Positions 53,614 through 63,565 of a stretch of 64,000 bases of DNA are shown in pieces. A program made the translations under genes and the position numbers. Within the stretch, counting starts at the first letter, position 1. The number at the start of each line of letters is the position of its first letter. Origin of the DNA: an uncultured Granulosicoccaceae bacterium (GTDB taxonomy: Bacteria; Pseudomonadota; Gammaproteobacteria; Granulosicoccales; Granulosicoccaceae). The notes under the pieces were generated by a model that was not told where the DNA came from, searched no databases, and saw only the letters and a program-made list of their open reading frames with translations. The stretch spans positions 8,469-72,468 of the forward strand of contig CALHNS010000005.1 in NCBI GenBank assembly GCA_938035125.1, read 5' to 3'.

Positions 53614-54752
53614 CGCTGCTTGCGAATTTGTTCTCGTCTATCCACTGCCCATTTATACTGCGGTGGCCATAAGTCAAAATCAGGATCGGCGTTTAATGTT
53701 TGAGCTGCGTGCAATGGCCAAAAAGGATCGTACATAATTTCCCGGCCTAAGGCGACAAGATCGGCCTCGTTGTTTTTTATGATTGATTCTGCTTGATGAG
53801 GATCGATGATGACGCCAACAGCCATACTTTTCAACGATGTTTCATCTTTTATACGCTGCGCGTATGGCACCTGAAAACCTGGCTCTCTAGCAGAAGATTG
53901 CTTCAATGGCGAACCATCGTCATTAATACGAAACCGCGGTGCACCTTGTATGCCTCCAGAAGAACAATCCACCACATCAATACCTGCATCAGCCAATTGC
54001 TGGGATAAAACAACAGAATCATCTAGCGTCCAGCCACCCTGCAAACCATCAATGGCTGAAATTCGAAAAAACAGAGGAATATCATCACCAATTGCTGCAC
54101 GTACTGCACGAGTCACCTCTAATGGAAAACGCATTCTTTGGGTTAAGTCTCCACCGTATTCATCGGTTCGTTGGTTACTGATGGGAGATAAAAAACTGTG
54201 CATCAAGTAACCGTGTGCACCGTGCAATTCAATCACTTCAAAACCACAATCTATAGATCGCTTTGCGGCATCAACAAACGCTGATACTAATTCGTTTATT
54301 TCAGAGACACTTAATTCATGCGGCATAGGAAAGCCTTCTGCCACTGGAAGCGCGCTTGGGCCAACCACTTGCCATGAATCTGGATGATCACTTAACAATG
54401 GTTTTGCCCCGTGAAACGGTGCAGCAGTAGACGCTTTGCGACCCGCGTGAGCTAGCTGAATACCGGCAACCATCCCCATACTCTTAATGAAATCAACAAT
54501 GGGTTTTATTGCAGCAGCCTGTTGATCATTCCAGATACCTAAACACTGAGGCGTTATTCGCCCCTGGGGCACTATTGCAGTTGCTTCTGTGAACACCAAA
54601 CCAGCACCGCCCCTGGCAAAAGAACTTAGGTGCGCAAAATGAAATGGTTGCGGCATACCATCAATAGCTGAATACATGCAAAGTGGCGATACAACCACAC
54701 GATTAGGTAAAGTGGTGCCGCGTATCGTGAGCGATGAAAACAAATCTGACAT
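53610..54752 (-). CDS. NADH:flavin oxidoreductase, Old Yellow Enzyme family (YqjM/NamA-like)
   Basis: ORF track extends to a TTG at 54773. I prefer the ATG at 54752 (MSDLFSSLTIRGTTLPNRVVVSPLCMYSA), which is parallel to YqjM-type N-termini. GFEVIELHGAHGYL block. Confidence 0.85.
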   Translation of the reverse strand: MSDLFSSLTIRGTTLPNRVVVSPLCMYSAIDGMPQPFHFAHLSSFARGGAGLVFTEATAIVPQGRITPQCLGIWNDQQAAAIKPIVDFIKSMGMVAGIQLAHAGRKASTAAPFHGAKPLLSDHPDSWQVVGPSALPVAEGFPMPHELSVSEINELVSAFVDAAKRSIDCGFEVIELHGAHGYLMHSFLSPISNQRTDEYGGDLTQRMRFPLEVTRAVRAAIGDDIPLFFRISAIDGLQGGWTLDDSVVLSQQLADAGIDVVDCSSGGIQGAPRFRINDDGSPLKQSSAREPGFQVPYAQRIKDETSLKSMAVGVIIDPHQAESIIKNNEADLVALGREIMYDPFWPLHAAQTLNADPDFDLWPPQYKWAVDRREQIRKQR

Positions 54753-54920
54753 AACGATTAACTGTCTTTTCAATTAAGCTAGAGATAAGCCAGTGTAATG
54801 CATTCATTGATGGTGTGAAACACAAAACCCAAAGCACCCATTACAATGACAATGCCATCGACTGTCATGAAGACACTGATGATATTCATTCATCACAAAC
54901 CTTAAAGGCTCACTAACTCA

Positions 54921-56432
54921 ATGAGCGAAGTGGTTCTCAGTACGCTAAACGCAAGATACATTCATGCCTCCCTAGGCTTGCGCTATCTTTATGCCAATAT
55001 GGGAGAACTCCAAGATCGAACTCGCTTACAAGAATTCACCATCGAACAACGACCTGAAGATATCGTTGAACAATTACTTACACCCAACGTTTCTATTATC
55101 GGTTTTGGGGTGTATATCTGGAACGTTCTTAAAACCACTGAAGTCATTAGGCTGATAAAAGTCATCAGGCCAGATATTAACATTATTATAGGCGGGCCTG
55201 AAGTCAGTTATGAAGTAGACGAGCAACCCATTACAGCATTGGCTGATTTTTTAATACTAGGGCAAGCCGATGTTTCATTTTCAGAACTTTGCCATCAAAT
55301 ACTTGATAACAATCCTCCGCCAAAAATAGTCTCCTCATTACCTTTCTCATTAAGCACTCTTGCGTCACCCTACCCCTTCTATAACGAACAAGATATTGCT
55401 CATCGAGTGATTTATGTTGAAGCATCTCGTGGCTGTCCATTCAAATGTGAATTTTGTTTATCTTCATTAGATAAAACTGCGGTGGCTTTTGATTTAAAAG
55501 TATTTTTAGATCATATGCAAAAATTGATTGAACGAGGCGCAAGACAATTTAAATTTGTTGATAGAACCTTTAATTTAAAAGCCGATACAAGCAAGGAAAT
55601 ATTAAATTTCTTTTTGAATCATATCGACAAAGGCCTGTTTCTTCACTTTGAATTAATACCTGATCGCTTACCTGAAATATTGCTAGAACTGCTGCCTAAG
55701 TTTCCAGCCAATTCATTGCAATTTGAAATAGGCATTCAATCGTTTAATCCTTGTGTACAAAAGCGTATCAGCCGCCGACAGAATCATGAAAAAACGTGCC
55801 ACAACCTGCGTTGGATTCGTGAAAATACCGAAGCACATATCCATGCCGATCTGATTTTCGGGCTGCCAGGCGAGACGTTATCGAGCTTTGGTGAGGGGTT
55901 TGATTTACTTTACGAACTGAACCCACAAGAAATTCAAGTGGGCATTCTTAAACGATTGCGGGGTACACCCATTGCGCGCCACACGGAAGAATTTGACATG
56001 CGATACATGAGCACTCCACCCTATCGAATTCTTGCCCATAAAGACGCAGATTTCGAAACAGTACAACGTATGGTGCGATTCGCTCGTTATTGGGATTTAA
56101 TAGGAAACTCGGGAAGGTTTAATCACACTCTACCTTTGCTGTTGCAGAAAGGCCCATTCCATCAATTCATGAGCTTAAGCGATTGGCTATTTAATACCAC
56201 CACCCAAACCCATCGAATCGCTTTAAATCGATTGTTTGACTTGCTGCATGAGTTTATGAGCAATACCTACACTGGCCCTATTGAGGAATTTGAAGCAGCT
56301 TTACTAGCAGACTATAAAAATAACAAGCTAAAAGGGTTGCCGAATTTTGCCAAAGATAACGTAAAGCCTAAAACATCAAACCCAACAATATCAAATGCAG
56401 GCCAACGCCAACAACGACACAATAAGGCTTAA
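54921..56432 (+). CDS. B12-binding domain radical SAM protein (DUF4080-type C-terminus)
   Basis: 503 aa. N-terminal VLSTLNARYIHASLGLRYL, radical SAM cluster motif ASRGCPFKCEFC. Confidence 0.85.
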   Translation: MSEVVLSTLNARYIHASLGLRYLYANMGELQDRTRLQEFTIEQRPEDIVEQLLTPNVSIIGFGVYIWNVLKTTEVIRLIKVIRPDINIIIGGPEVSYEVDEQPITALADFLILGQADVSFSELCHQILDNNPPPKIVSSLPFSLSTLASPYPFYNEQDIAHRVIYVEASRGCPFKCEFCLSSLDKTAVAFDLKVFLDHMQKLIERGARQFKFVDRTFNLKADTSKEILNFFLNHIDKGLFLHFELIPDRLPEILLELLPKFPANSLQFEIGIQSFNPCVQKRISRRQNHEKTCHNLRWIRENTEAHIHADLIFGLPGETLSSFGEGFDLLYELNPQEIQVGILKRLRGTPIARHTEEFDMRYMSTPPYRILAHKDADFETVQRMVRFARYWDLIGNSGRFNHTLPLLLQKGPFHQFMSLSDWLFNTTTQTHRIALNRLFDLLHEFMSNTYTGPIEEFEAALLADYKNNKLKGLPNFAKDNVKPKTSNPTISNAGQRQQRHNKA

Positions 56433-56486
56433 CGTAATAGCGCAATACCAAGGGCATGGTTTGCAAACCCAATCAATTTACAAAAA

Positions 56487-56753
56487 TTAGAAAAATCCCA
56501 CCCCGCCTTCAACCAACACAATTAAATGGTTAACCACTTCGTGCCCGTCACTCTTGGCAACTCGTTCGGCTAGCTCGCGCGATCGTTCATCTTGGACAAA
56601 ACCTACAAGCGTAACGGTATTTCCCCGAACCTCTACATCGATGTAACCGTTCAAATCAGCAGCTTGTACATCACGCTCAATTGAGGCGCTGACCGGGGCG
56701 GCCAAGGCACTGAACCAAACGATGATAGCAAGAGCTTTGATTAACCTATTCAT
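56487..56753 (-). CDS. exported BON domain protein
   Basis: 88 aa. Signal peptide ...APVSAS, then IDVEVRGNTVTLVGFVQDERSRELAERVA typical of BON. Confidence 0.7.
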   Translation of the reverse strand: MNRLIKALAIIVWFSALAAPVSASIERDVQAADLNGYIDVEVRGNTVTLVGFVQDERSRELAERVAKSDGHEVVNHLIVLVEGGVGFF

Positions 56754-56998
56754 GGTGAACAGTCCTTTTTATCGATTCTTATAATTCGTAAAAATTTAGG
56801 CGCTAGGCTATTCCTGCGCCTTTGGTCTATTAACGGCTACTAGGGTTTCTCCAGTTTTTCGAGATCTTTACAAAAAAGTATAAAACCCTGAAAGGCTGAT
56901 TTAAAGCCTTATCAGAGAAAAATATCTAAGGAACTCCTTCACCACAGCAGACACGCATCAAAAAATTCAGCTCAACTTACGAGAACTCCACAGACATT

Positions 56999-57033
56999 AA
57001 AAAGGCGCTTTGTGATTTATTCACAAAGCGCCT
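56999..57033 (-). terminator. rho-independent terminator of the Liv-type ABC operon
   Basis: 13-bp perfect stem AGGCGCTTTGTGA/TCACAAAGCGCCT with a 5-nt loop. On the minus strand it is followed by TTTTT; 34 nt after the stop at 57067. Confidence 0.8.
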
Positions 57034-57066
57034 GAGAGACATCACAGTTAATGTGAGAATCGAAAA

Positions 57067-57804
57067 CTATATCGCTAGATAATCGTGTCTGAGCTGCTCG
57101 TTCTCTAATACCTCTTGCGCAGCCCCTTCATAAACCAATTGCCCCGTATCTAAAATAACCGCTCGATCGGCCAATTTAAGTGCCGCTACTGCGTTCTGCT
57201 CAACGATGATTGTGGTCATGCCTTGCTCTCGGATGTACTGCAAGGTTTTTTCAATTTCTTGCACAATGACAGGCGCTAGACCTTCATAAGGCTCATCCAA
57301 AAGTAATAGCTTAATATCACGAGATAAGGCACGCCCAATGGCCAGCATCTGCTGTTCGCCACCTGATAGCGTTACCCCTTCTTGTTTTCTGCGCTCACCT
57401 AAACGAGGAAAAAGCTCATAAATTTGTTCAATGGACCAACCGACAGGGTCAACGATTTGAGCAAGCTTAATGTTTTCCTCAACCGTTAGCCCTGGAATGA
57501 TTCGACGATCTTCAGGCACCATACCCACACCAGATACCGCCGCTTCGTGGCTTTTCATGCTGTGAAGCGGCTTACCATCAAGCCAAATTTCACCCTGTTG
57601 CAGGGCAGGATCATCAAGCCTTGCGATGGTTCGAAGTGTTGATGTTTTACCGGCTCCGTTACGACCTAACAGCGCAAGGATTTCACCTTCTTTGATGCTG
57701 AAACTAACGCCTTGAACAATGTAACTTTCACCGTAATAAGAGTGAATATCGTTACAGCTGAAATATTCGTTGGCGCTGTTTGCAGCTGATTGTGCTGTGC
57801 TCAA
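57067..57804 (-). CDS. branched-chain-amino-acid-type (HAAT) ABC transporter ATP-binding protein, LivF-like
   Basis: 245 aa. Walker A GRNGAGKTS, signature LSGGEQQM, Walker B LLLDEP. TTG start overlaps the upstream stop (TTGA). Confidence 0.9.
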   Translation of the reverse strand: MSTAQSAANSANEYFSCNDIHSYYGESYIVQGVSFSIKEGEILALLGRNGAGKTSTLRTIARLDDPALQQGEIWLDGKPLHSMKSHEAAVSGVGMVPEDRRIIPGLTVEENIKLAQIVDPVGWSIEQIYELFPRLGERRKQEGVTLSGGEQQMLAIGRALSRDIKLLLLDEPYEGLAPVIVQEIEKTLQYIREQGMTTIIVEQNAVAALKLADRAVILDTGQLVYEGAAQEVLENEQLRHDYLAI

Positions 57805-58559
57805 TGTGCACCTCCCAAGTAGGCTTCTTGCACCTTAACGTTGCCTTTTATGTTCTCTGGCGCATCTTCAACAATGACAGTGCCTTGAGCTAGTACGCTG
57901 ATTTTATCTGCCAAGCTGAACACAACGTGCATATCATGCTCAATGATAATCATCGTAATACCGCGGCTATCGCCGATATGCTTTAACACTTCAATGGTGT
58001 TATTCGTATCGGCGCGACTCATACCAGCTGTGGGTTCATCCAGCAGCAGAAGCTTTGGTTCTTGAACCAATCCCATGGCCATTTCAAGTCGCCGTTTATC
58101 TCCTCGAGACATAGAAGCTGCAACCATATCCAGCTTATCTTTCATGCCCAAATCTTCTAGTACGTCAACCGCCTTTTGACGAATATCGGTTTCACGACGA
58201 AGTGGTTTAAAGGCGTTTAATTCAAAAATGCCATCTCTATGCGCAAGCGCAGGAATCATGACATTTTCAATTACCGTAAGGTCTGCAAATATTTCAGGCG
58301 TTTGAAATACACGTGAAACACCTGCTTGATTAATTTGATGAGGCAGACGACCAATGAGGTTTTTACCATCAAATATTACCGAACCACTGTCAGGTTTTAA
58401 ACGACCAACGAAAGTATTCAATAACGTTGACTTACCCGCACCGTTAGGCCCAATGATGGCGTGAATACGACCTTCATCAACCGATAAATTCACATCGTTA
58501 AGAGCTTGCAAACCACCAAAGCGCTTGTTAACACCTTTTACTTCAAGAGCAACTGTCAT
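57801..58559 (-). CDS. HAAT ABC transporter ATP-binding protein, LivG-like
   Basis: 252 aa. Walker A GPNGAGKST, Walker B LLLLDEPTAG, LivG-type N-terminal strand LEVKGVNKRFGGLQAL. Confidence 0.9.
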   Translation of the reverse strand: MTVALEVKGVNKRFGGLQALNDVNLSVDEGRIHAIIGPNGAGKSTLLNTFVGRLKPDSGSVIFDGKNLIGRLPHQINQAGVSRVFQTPEIFADLTVIENVMIPALAHRDGIFELNAFKPLRRETDIRQKAVDVLEDLGMKDKLDMVAASMSRGDKRRLEMAMGLVQEPKLLLLDEPTAGMSRADTNNTIEVLKHIGDSRGITMIIIEHDMHVVFSLADKISVLAQGTVIVEDAPENIKGNVKVQEAYLGGAH

Positions 58560-58568
58560 GGTTATCTC

Positions 58569-59732
58569 CTATTGCGCGCGTTTGCGAAAAATACGGCTGA
58601 ACACATTATGCAAGCTACCGACAAATCCGCCAGGGAGAAAAATAATGGCCAACATGAACATTAGGCCCAACGACAAGTGCCAACCTTTACCGACGAACGG
58701 ATGAATGACAGCCACCATGAAGTCTTCAAGGCCATCAGGCATAAACGAAAACCAGCCGTGCAATAAATTATCGTTGATCTTTGAAAAAATGTTCTCAAAG
58801 TACTTAATGATACCCGCCCCAATTACTGGGCCCAGCACCGTACCGACACCACCTAAAATGGTCATTAACACAACCTCACCAGAGGCTGTCCATTGCATAC
58901 GTTCTGACCCTGCGAGTGGGTCCATTGACACCATCAAACCACCAGCCAAACCTGCATACATACCAGAGATAACAAACGCTGCTAATGTGTACGGACGCGG
59001 GCTAATGCCGGTGTAACTCAATCGTTCGTTGTTTGACTTTATGGCTTTGAGCATCATGCCAAAAGGTGAACGGAAGATTCGGATAGAGATGTAGAACGCA
59101 ATGAGCAAAATAAATGCGCAAACATAGTATCCAACATTGAATGTCCAAAGCCAGTCACCCACAGGCACTTGCATACTTTCGCGCATCTCCCATCCAAACA
59201 AAGACGGTGCTGGAATGTTCCCGGTAGTGTTAGCACCATCAAGAATACGCGGATCATTTAAGTTAGTTTGCAGCCCGGTTTCCCCACCAGTAATGGGTTG
59301 AAGCACCGATGAAGCCAGCGCAAAAGACATCTGAGCAAACGCAAGCGTCAAGATAGAAAAGTAAATTCCAGATCGCCGCAAAGAGATATAACCGATGGCT
59401 AACGAAAACAGCCCAGCTACAAGCGTGGACACAATGATTGCTGGAATCACATTAATGGTTAAGAGTTTCAGCATCCAAACACCAGCATAAGATCCTGCAC
59501 CTAAAAACGCTGCATGACCAAAACTTAAGTATCCGGTGAGACCGAAAAGAATATTAAATCCGATTGCGAAGATTCCGAAGATCAAAAAACGCTGCATCAA
59601 ATCAGGGTAACCCGCGTTGAACTGCGCCAAGCTTGAGCCTTCTGGGAAGGGATTTAACAAAATGGGAGCTGCTGCTACTAAAAAAAGTACAAACAACAGC
59701 ATCAGGAAATCGTTTCTGCTTAAACCTAACAC
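58569..59732 (-). CDS. HAAT ABC transporter permease, LivM-like
   Basis: 387 aa, multi-[18 protein letters not shown] block typical of LivM. Confidence 0.9.
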   Translation of the reverse strand: MLGLSRNDFLMLLFVLFLVAAAPILLNPFPEGSSLAQFNAGYPDLMQRFLIFGIFAIGFNILFGLTGYLSFGHAAFLGAGSYAGVWMLKLLTINVIPAIIVSTLVAGLFSLAIGYISLRRSGIYFSILTLAFAQMSFALASSVLQPITGGETGLQTNLNDPRILDGANTTGNIPAPSLFGWEMRESMQVPVGDWLWTFNVGYYVCAFILLIAFYISIRIFRSPFGMMLKAIKSNNERLSYTGISPRPYTLAAFVISGMYAGLAGGLMVSMDPLAGSERMQWTASGEVVLMTILGGVGTVLGPVIGAGIIKYFENIFSKINDNLLHGWFSFMPDGLEDFMVAVIHPFVGKGWHLSLGLMFMLAIIFLPGGFVGSLHNVFSRIFRKRAQ

Positions 59733-59735
59733 TTA

Positions 59736-60773
59736 TCAGCTCTCCATCACGCCTTTACGACCCAGCAAACCACGAGGTCGAGCAAGCAAAATTACGATAG
59801 CAGCCAAATAAATGACCACTTGATTGATACCCGGTATGAATTCAATTACCTCGCGCATGGACGCGAAGCTTTCAAGAATTCCTAATACGAATCCAGCCAG
59901 CACAGCCCCGCCAAGAGATCCCATACCGCCTACTACTACAACAACAAAAGAGATGACCAAAAAGTCCATCCCAGAGGTATAGCTCGGTGAATTAATCGGG
60001 GTGTACATAACGCCTGCCAAACCAGCAACGGCTGCTGCAATACCAAACATGATGGTGAAGCGCTTATCGATATTGATACCCAGCAGTCCCACGGTTTCAC
60101 GATCGGCCATACCAGCGCGAACCACCATGCCAAAGGTGGTGAACTGCAAGAATGCAAACACAAGGGCAATGATGAGCATGGCAAAGCAAAAGTAGACTAT
60201 TCGCCAATAGGGGTATAACAACTTGCCTGGCCCCATACCAATAACAGAACCAAAATCAAAAGACCCAATAAACGCAGAAGGAGCAGGGGCAGGAATTTGA
60301 TTCGCACCGAAGTAGGCTTTGATAATTTCTTGCAACACAATGGCCAGGCCGAAAGTCACAAGAATCTGGTCTGAATGAGGGCGCTTATAGAAATGCTTGA
60401 TTAACCCTCTTTCCATCACGAACCCGATAATTAACATGACAGGGATAGTGAGAAATATCGCCAAAGGCACCGACCAATCGATTAGCGCGTTGCCCACCGA
60501 TTCACCAAACCATGATTCGACGTAGGGCGTTTTAATTTGTAACGGCTTACCCAGAAAGTCAGTTTTAGATTCATCTATCGTAATCGTTGATAGAGATAAC
60601 AGACGTTGCACGGTTACCGCGCAAAAGGCGCCAATCATAAAAAGTGCACCGTGAGCGAAGTTTACAACGCCCAAAGTACCGAAAATCAAGGTCAGCCCCA
60701 ATGCAATCAATGCATAGGCACTGCCTTTGTCCAGGCCGTTAAGCACTTGGAGCAAAATAGCGGAGAGTTCCAT
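59736..60773 (-). CDS. HAAT ABC transporter permease, LivH-like
   Basis: 345 aa, multi-TM. YALIALGLTLIFGTLGVVNFAHG block typical of LivH. Confidence 0.9.
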   Translation of the reverse strand: MELSAILLQVLNGLDKGSAYALIALGLTLIFGTLGVVNFAHGALFMIGAFCAVTVQRLLSLSTITIDESKTDFLGKPLQIKTPYVESWFGESVGNALIDWSVPLAIFLTIPVMLIIGFVMERGLIKHFYKRPHSDQILVTFGLAIVLQEIIKAYFGANQIPAPAPSAFIGSFDFGSVIGMGPGKLLYPYWRIVYFCFAMLIIALVFAFLQFTTFGMVVRAGMADRETVGLLGINIDKRFTIMFGIAAAVAGLAGVMYTPINSPSYTSGMDFLVISFVVVVVGGMGSLGGAVLAGFVLGILESFASMREVIEFIPGINQVVIYLAAIVILLARPRGLLGRKGVMES

Positions 60774-60882
60774 GATATGTCTTGTGTTTGAGCCCGGGAA
60801 GTTGACACCGAGGAATTGGAGACGAAAATGCGCTGGCCCGAAATCGGCCTTCGGGCCAGCGCAAATTTATACAGCTTTACTA

Positions 60883-62232
60883 TTAACCTGCGTTACAAGA
60901 ACCCAGATCGCCGCCAAAGATTGACGCATCATAAGTAACCTGAGAAGCAGGTGTTACTTCAACAATTTCAAGTAAATCGAACTCAGACGTTGGGTTCTCT
61001 TTACCTTTCACAACCAATACATCTTTGAAGCACTGGTGATCTTCAGCACGGTACAACGTAGGACCGTTACCTAAACCATCAAACTCAAAGCCTTCTAAAG
61101 CTTCAGCAACCGCACAAGGATCGTGTGATCCAGCACGCTCACAAGCATCTGCATAAAGAAGCGTTTGTACGTAGCAAGTGTGAGCTGCCTGGCTGGGAGG
61201 GAAACCATACTTCTCACCGAATGACTTAACGAATGCTTTAGAAGCATCATCTGTTAATGACCAGTGCCAGTTAGTTGAACCGAAGATACCCTTAACGTTT
61301 TCGCCCGCACCTTTCGCCATCAAGCGAGAGTAAAGAGGTACAACGATTTCTAGGCTCTTGCCGTTAACCTGTGCGCCACGTAAACCGAACTGAACCGCTG
61401 AAGTTAGCGAGTTAACCATGTTCGCACCGTAGTGGTTCAACACTAAGATATCCGCGCCAGAGGCTTGAACAGGAGCAACGTATGAAGAGAAGTCAGTTTG
61501 TGACAACGGAGTCTTAACCGCTGCAACTGTTTCCCAACCCATTGCTTCGGTAGAGGTACGAACAGCTTCTTCTGTGGTATAGCCCCAGTTATAGTCAGCT
61601 GTTAAGTGATATGCCTTACGATCTTTACCGTAGTTGTCACCTAAGATTGGCGCTAATGCTGCACCTGACATGTAAGAGTTAAAGAAGTGACGGAAACCGT
61701 TTGCCTTCTTATCTTTACCCGTGGTGTCGTTTGAGTGAGTTAAGCCAGCCATGAAAATCACGCCTGCTTCCTGACATAAACCTTGTACGGCTACCGCAAC
61801 ACCAGAAGATGAACCACCTGTGATCATGATGGCGCCGTCTTTTTCAATCATAGAACGGGCTGATGCACGAGCAGCGTCTGGCTTAGTTTGGGTATCACCA
61901 GTTACATACTCAACTTTTCGGCCTAAGATACCGTTACCTTTCAGCGCTTTCGATGAGAAGGTACCCATCATGCCGCCGTCACCGCCGCCATTTAGATGCT
62001 CAACCGCTAGTTCATAGGCGCGTAACTCATCAGCACCCTCATCAGCGTATGCACCACTTTGTGGAACGTTAAAACCTAAAGTAACTGAACTGCCCTTAGG
62101 CTCGTTCGCGTAACCATAGGCCGTGCTAGGAATGATCATGGGTGCAGCAGCAACCGTTGCTGTTGCTGCAGTGGCCTTTAACACCGAGCGTCGGGTTACA
62201 GGTGTGGATAAAACGTTCTTTTTAGAGCTCAT
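60883..62232 (-). CDS. periplasmic substrate-binding protein (Peripla_BP_6 / LivK-AmiC type) with twin-arginine-type signal
   Basis: 449 aa. TRRSVLKATAATATVAAAP N-terminus, type-I binding-protein fold blocks. GGAGGA Shine-Dalgarno upstream. Confidence 0.85.
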   Translation of the reverse strand: MSSKKNVLSTPVTRRSVLKATAATATVAAAPMIIPSTAYGYANEPKGSSVTLGFNVPQSGAYADEGADELRAYELAVEHLNGGGDGGMMGTFSSKALKGNGILGRKVEYVTGDTQTKPDAARASARSMIEKDGAIMITGGSSSGVAVAVQGLCQEAGVIFMAGLTHSNDTTGKDKKANGFRHFFNSYMSGAALAPILGDNYGKDRKAYHLTADYNWGYTTEEAVRTSTEAMGWETVAAVKTPLSQTDFSSYVAPVQASGADILVLNHYGANMVNSLTSAVQFGLRGAQVNGKSLEIVVPLYSRLMAKGAGENVKGIFGSTNWHWSLTDDASKAFVKSFGEKYGFPPSQAAHTCYVQTLLYADACERAGSHDPCAVAEALEGFEFDGLGNGPTLYRAEDHQCFKDVLVVKGKENPTSEFDLLEIVEVTPASQVTYDASIFGGDLGSCNAG

Positions 62233-62554
62233 TGTTTAACTAGTCTCCTCCGGGAGTGGGCCCGTTGAATTATTATGAATTAGCAGCCGTCGCTGCGAAT
62301 AATCGACACAGGCCATTGAAACCGATAGCCATTTCGACTTAGTCATATTAGATTGGTCTAGCCAATCCGTCCAAATTTCAATTTATTCTTATAAAACAAA
62401 TAGTTAGATAACAACATCGATTGCCAAATTTGTTTTATCCGTGATGCGCACCCAAGTTGTTACGAAAGGTAACGCGACGACGACGTAGATGATGACAGGC
62501 CTCATAACTACGCCACTTGCATCTTTTCCTTAACTTTTCATGCATCCACAAAAA

Positions 62555-62584
62555 AGCCCCCACTCGCGATGCGAACCAGGGGCT
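62555..62584 (-). terminator. rho-independent terminator after the porin gene
   Basis: AGCCCC/GGGGCT outer stem with inner TCGC/GCGA. On the minus strand it is followed by TTTTT (plus-strand A-run 62550-62554). Confidence 0.65.
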
Positions 62585-62620
62585 CTGACTTACTGAAACT
62601 GCTGCGTATAACTTATGGTT

Positions 62621-63565
62621 TTACAGTACGCCGAAGTCGTACTTGTATGTGGCACGCAAGATTGTGTTATTGCCTGCATTGTCGCCACCATCAATAGACT
62701 GAGCTTCAAAATACATTAGAGAACTTGCACCTATATTTAGAGTGTATCCAACGGTTTGGAAGCTACCGGTGTCTTCTGGTAAGCCATCAGCTTGGTTGAT
62801 AACGGTGTAGAAGTTGCCAAAAGTACCTGTGAAGGTTACGTGAGTAACATCATCAGCCGTACCTGCAAAGTCAGAATCAGCCATTTGAAAACCTAAGCCC
62901 AAACCTAAGCCACCGAAAGAGCCTTTCGCTACAGCGCCCACCAAGGTGCCGCCCTCATCATCGCCATCGTCCGCATGAATAGCAGTAGCCAAACCAATAG
63001 ATACAGGACCTGCTGCGAATGTTGCACCTAATTCAATCTCATCAGCAAAATCGTTTCCTTCGTCACCAGCATCGCCTTGGATAGATGCGGTGTACTTAAC
63101 AGGACCTGATGAACCGGTGTACTTCAAAACCGCTGTTTCACGAGAACATTCGAACTGAGTCCAGCAACTGCCCCACCAAGCAATATCGGTTTTGCCAGAT
63201 ACCGTGTCATAGAAAGATGCGTATTGAGCACCGACTTTGATTTGACCAAAACCGCCTTCAACACCAGCCCAAGCATGTCGAGTGCGATCAACACCTGAAC
63301 TGCCACGAGAGTTGTTGTCAGGGTTGAAACCAAATTCTAAATAAGCGATGCCGTTCAGGCCACTACGAATCTCGTTGCTGCCGCTCCACTTGAGACGTGA
63401 ACCAAAGTTTTGAATACGAAAATCATTTTCAGTGGTGTCGTTATCAACCAACGACAAACCAACCCGAAAGCTAGCTTCTAATGAATTTTCAGCCTGAGCA
63501 GCAGGAGCTGCTGCCAGTAGCGCTACGGGAAGTGCGAGAGCCGCAACCTTGGTAAATTTCTGCAT
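62621..63565 (-). CDS. general Gram-negative porin (16-strand type)
   Basis: 314 aa. Signal peptide ...APAAQA, alternating amphipathic beta-strands with aromatic girdle residues. C-terminal strand ATYKYDFGVL. Confidence 0.8.
   Translation of the reverse strand: MQKFTKVAALALPVALLAAAPAAQAENSLEASFRVGLSLVDNDTTENDFRIQNFGSRLKWSGSNEIRSGLNGIAYLEFGFNPDNNSRGSSGVDRTRHAWAGVEGGFGQIKVGAQYASFYDTVSGKTDIAWWGSCWTQFECSRETAVLKYTGSSGPVKYTASIQGDAGDEGNDFADEIELGATFAAGPVSIGLATAIHADDGDDEGGTLVGAVAKGSFGGLGLGLGFQMADSDFAGTADDVTHVTFTGTFGNFYTVINQADGLPEDTGSFQTVGYTLNIGASSLMYFEAQSIDGGDNAGNNTILRATYKYDFGVL

Noticed and set aside
57067-62232. Liv-type operon considered as the urea transporter urtABCDE.
   Set aside because: Gene order and the Tat-like signal fit, but the binding protein lacks the UrtA-like sequence blocks I recall, and no urease genes are present. 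Left as a generic HAAT importer.
62352-62366. ATTGG-N5-CCAAT inverted repeat about 120 nt upstream of the Liv-type binding-protein gene.
   Set aside because: Only 5-bp arms, which is expected by chance in a 388-bp spacer. Kept only as a note.
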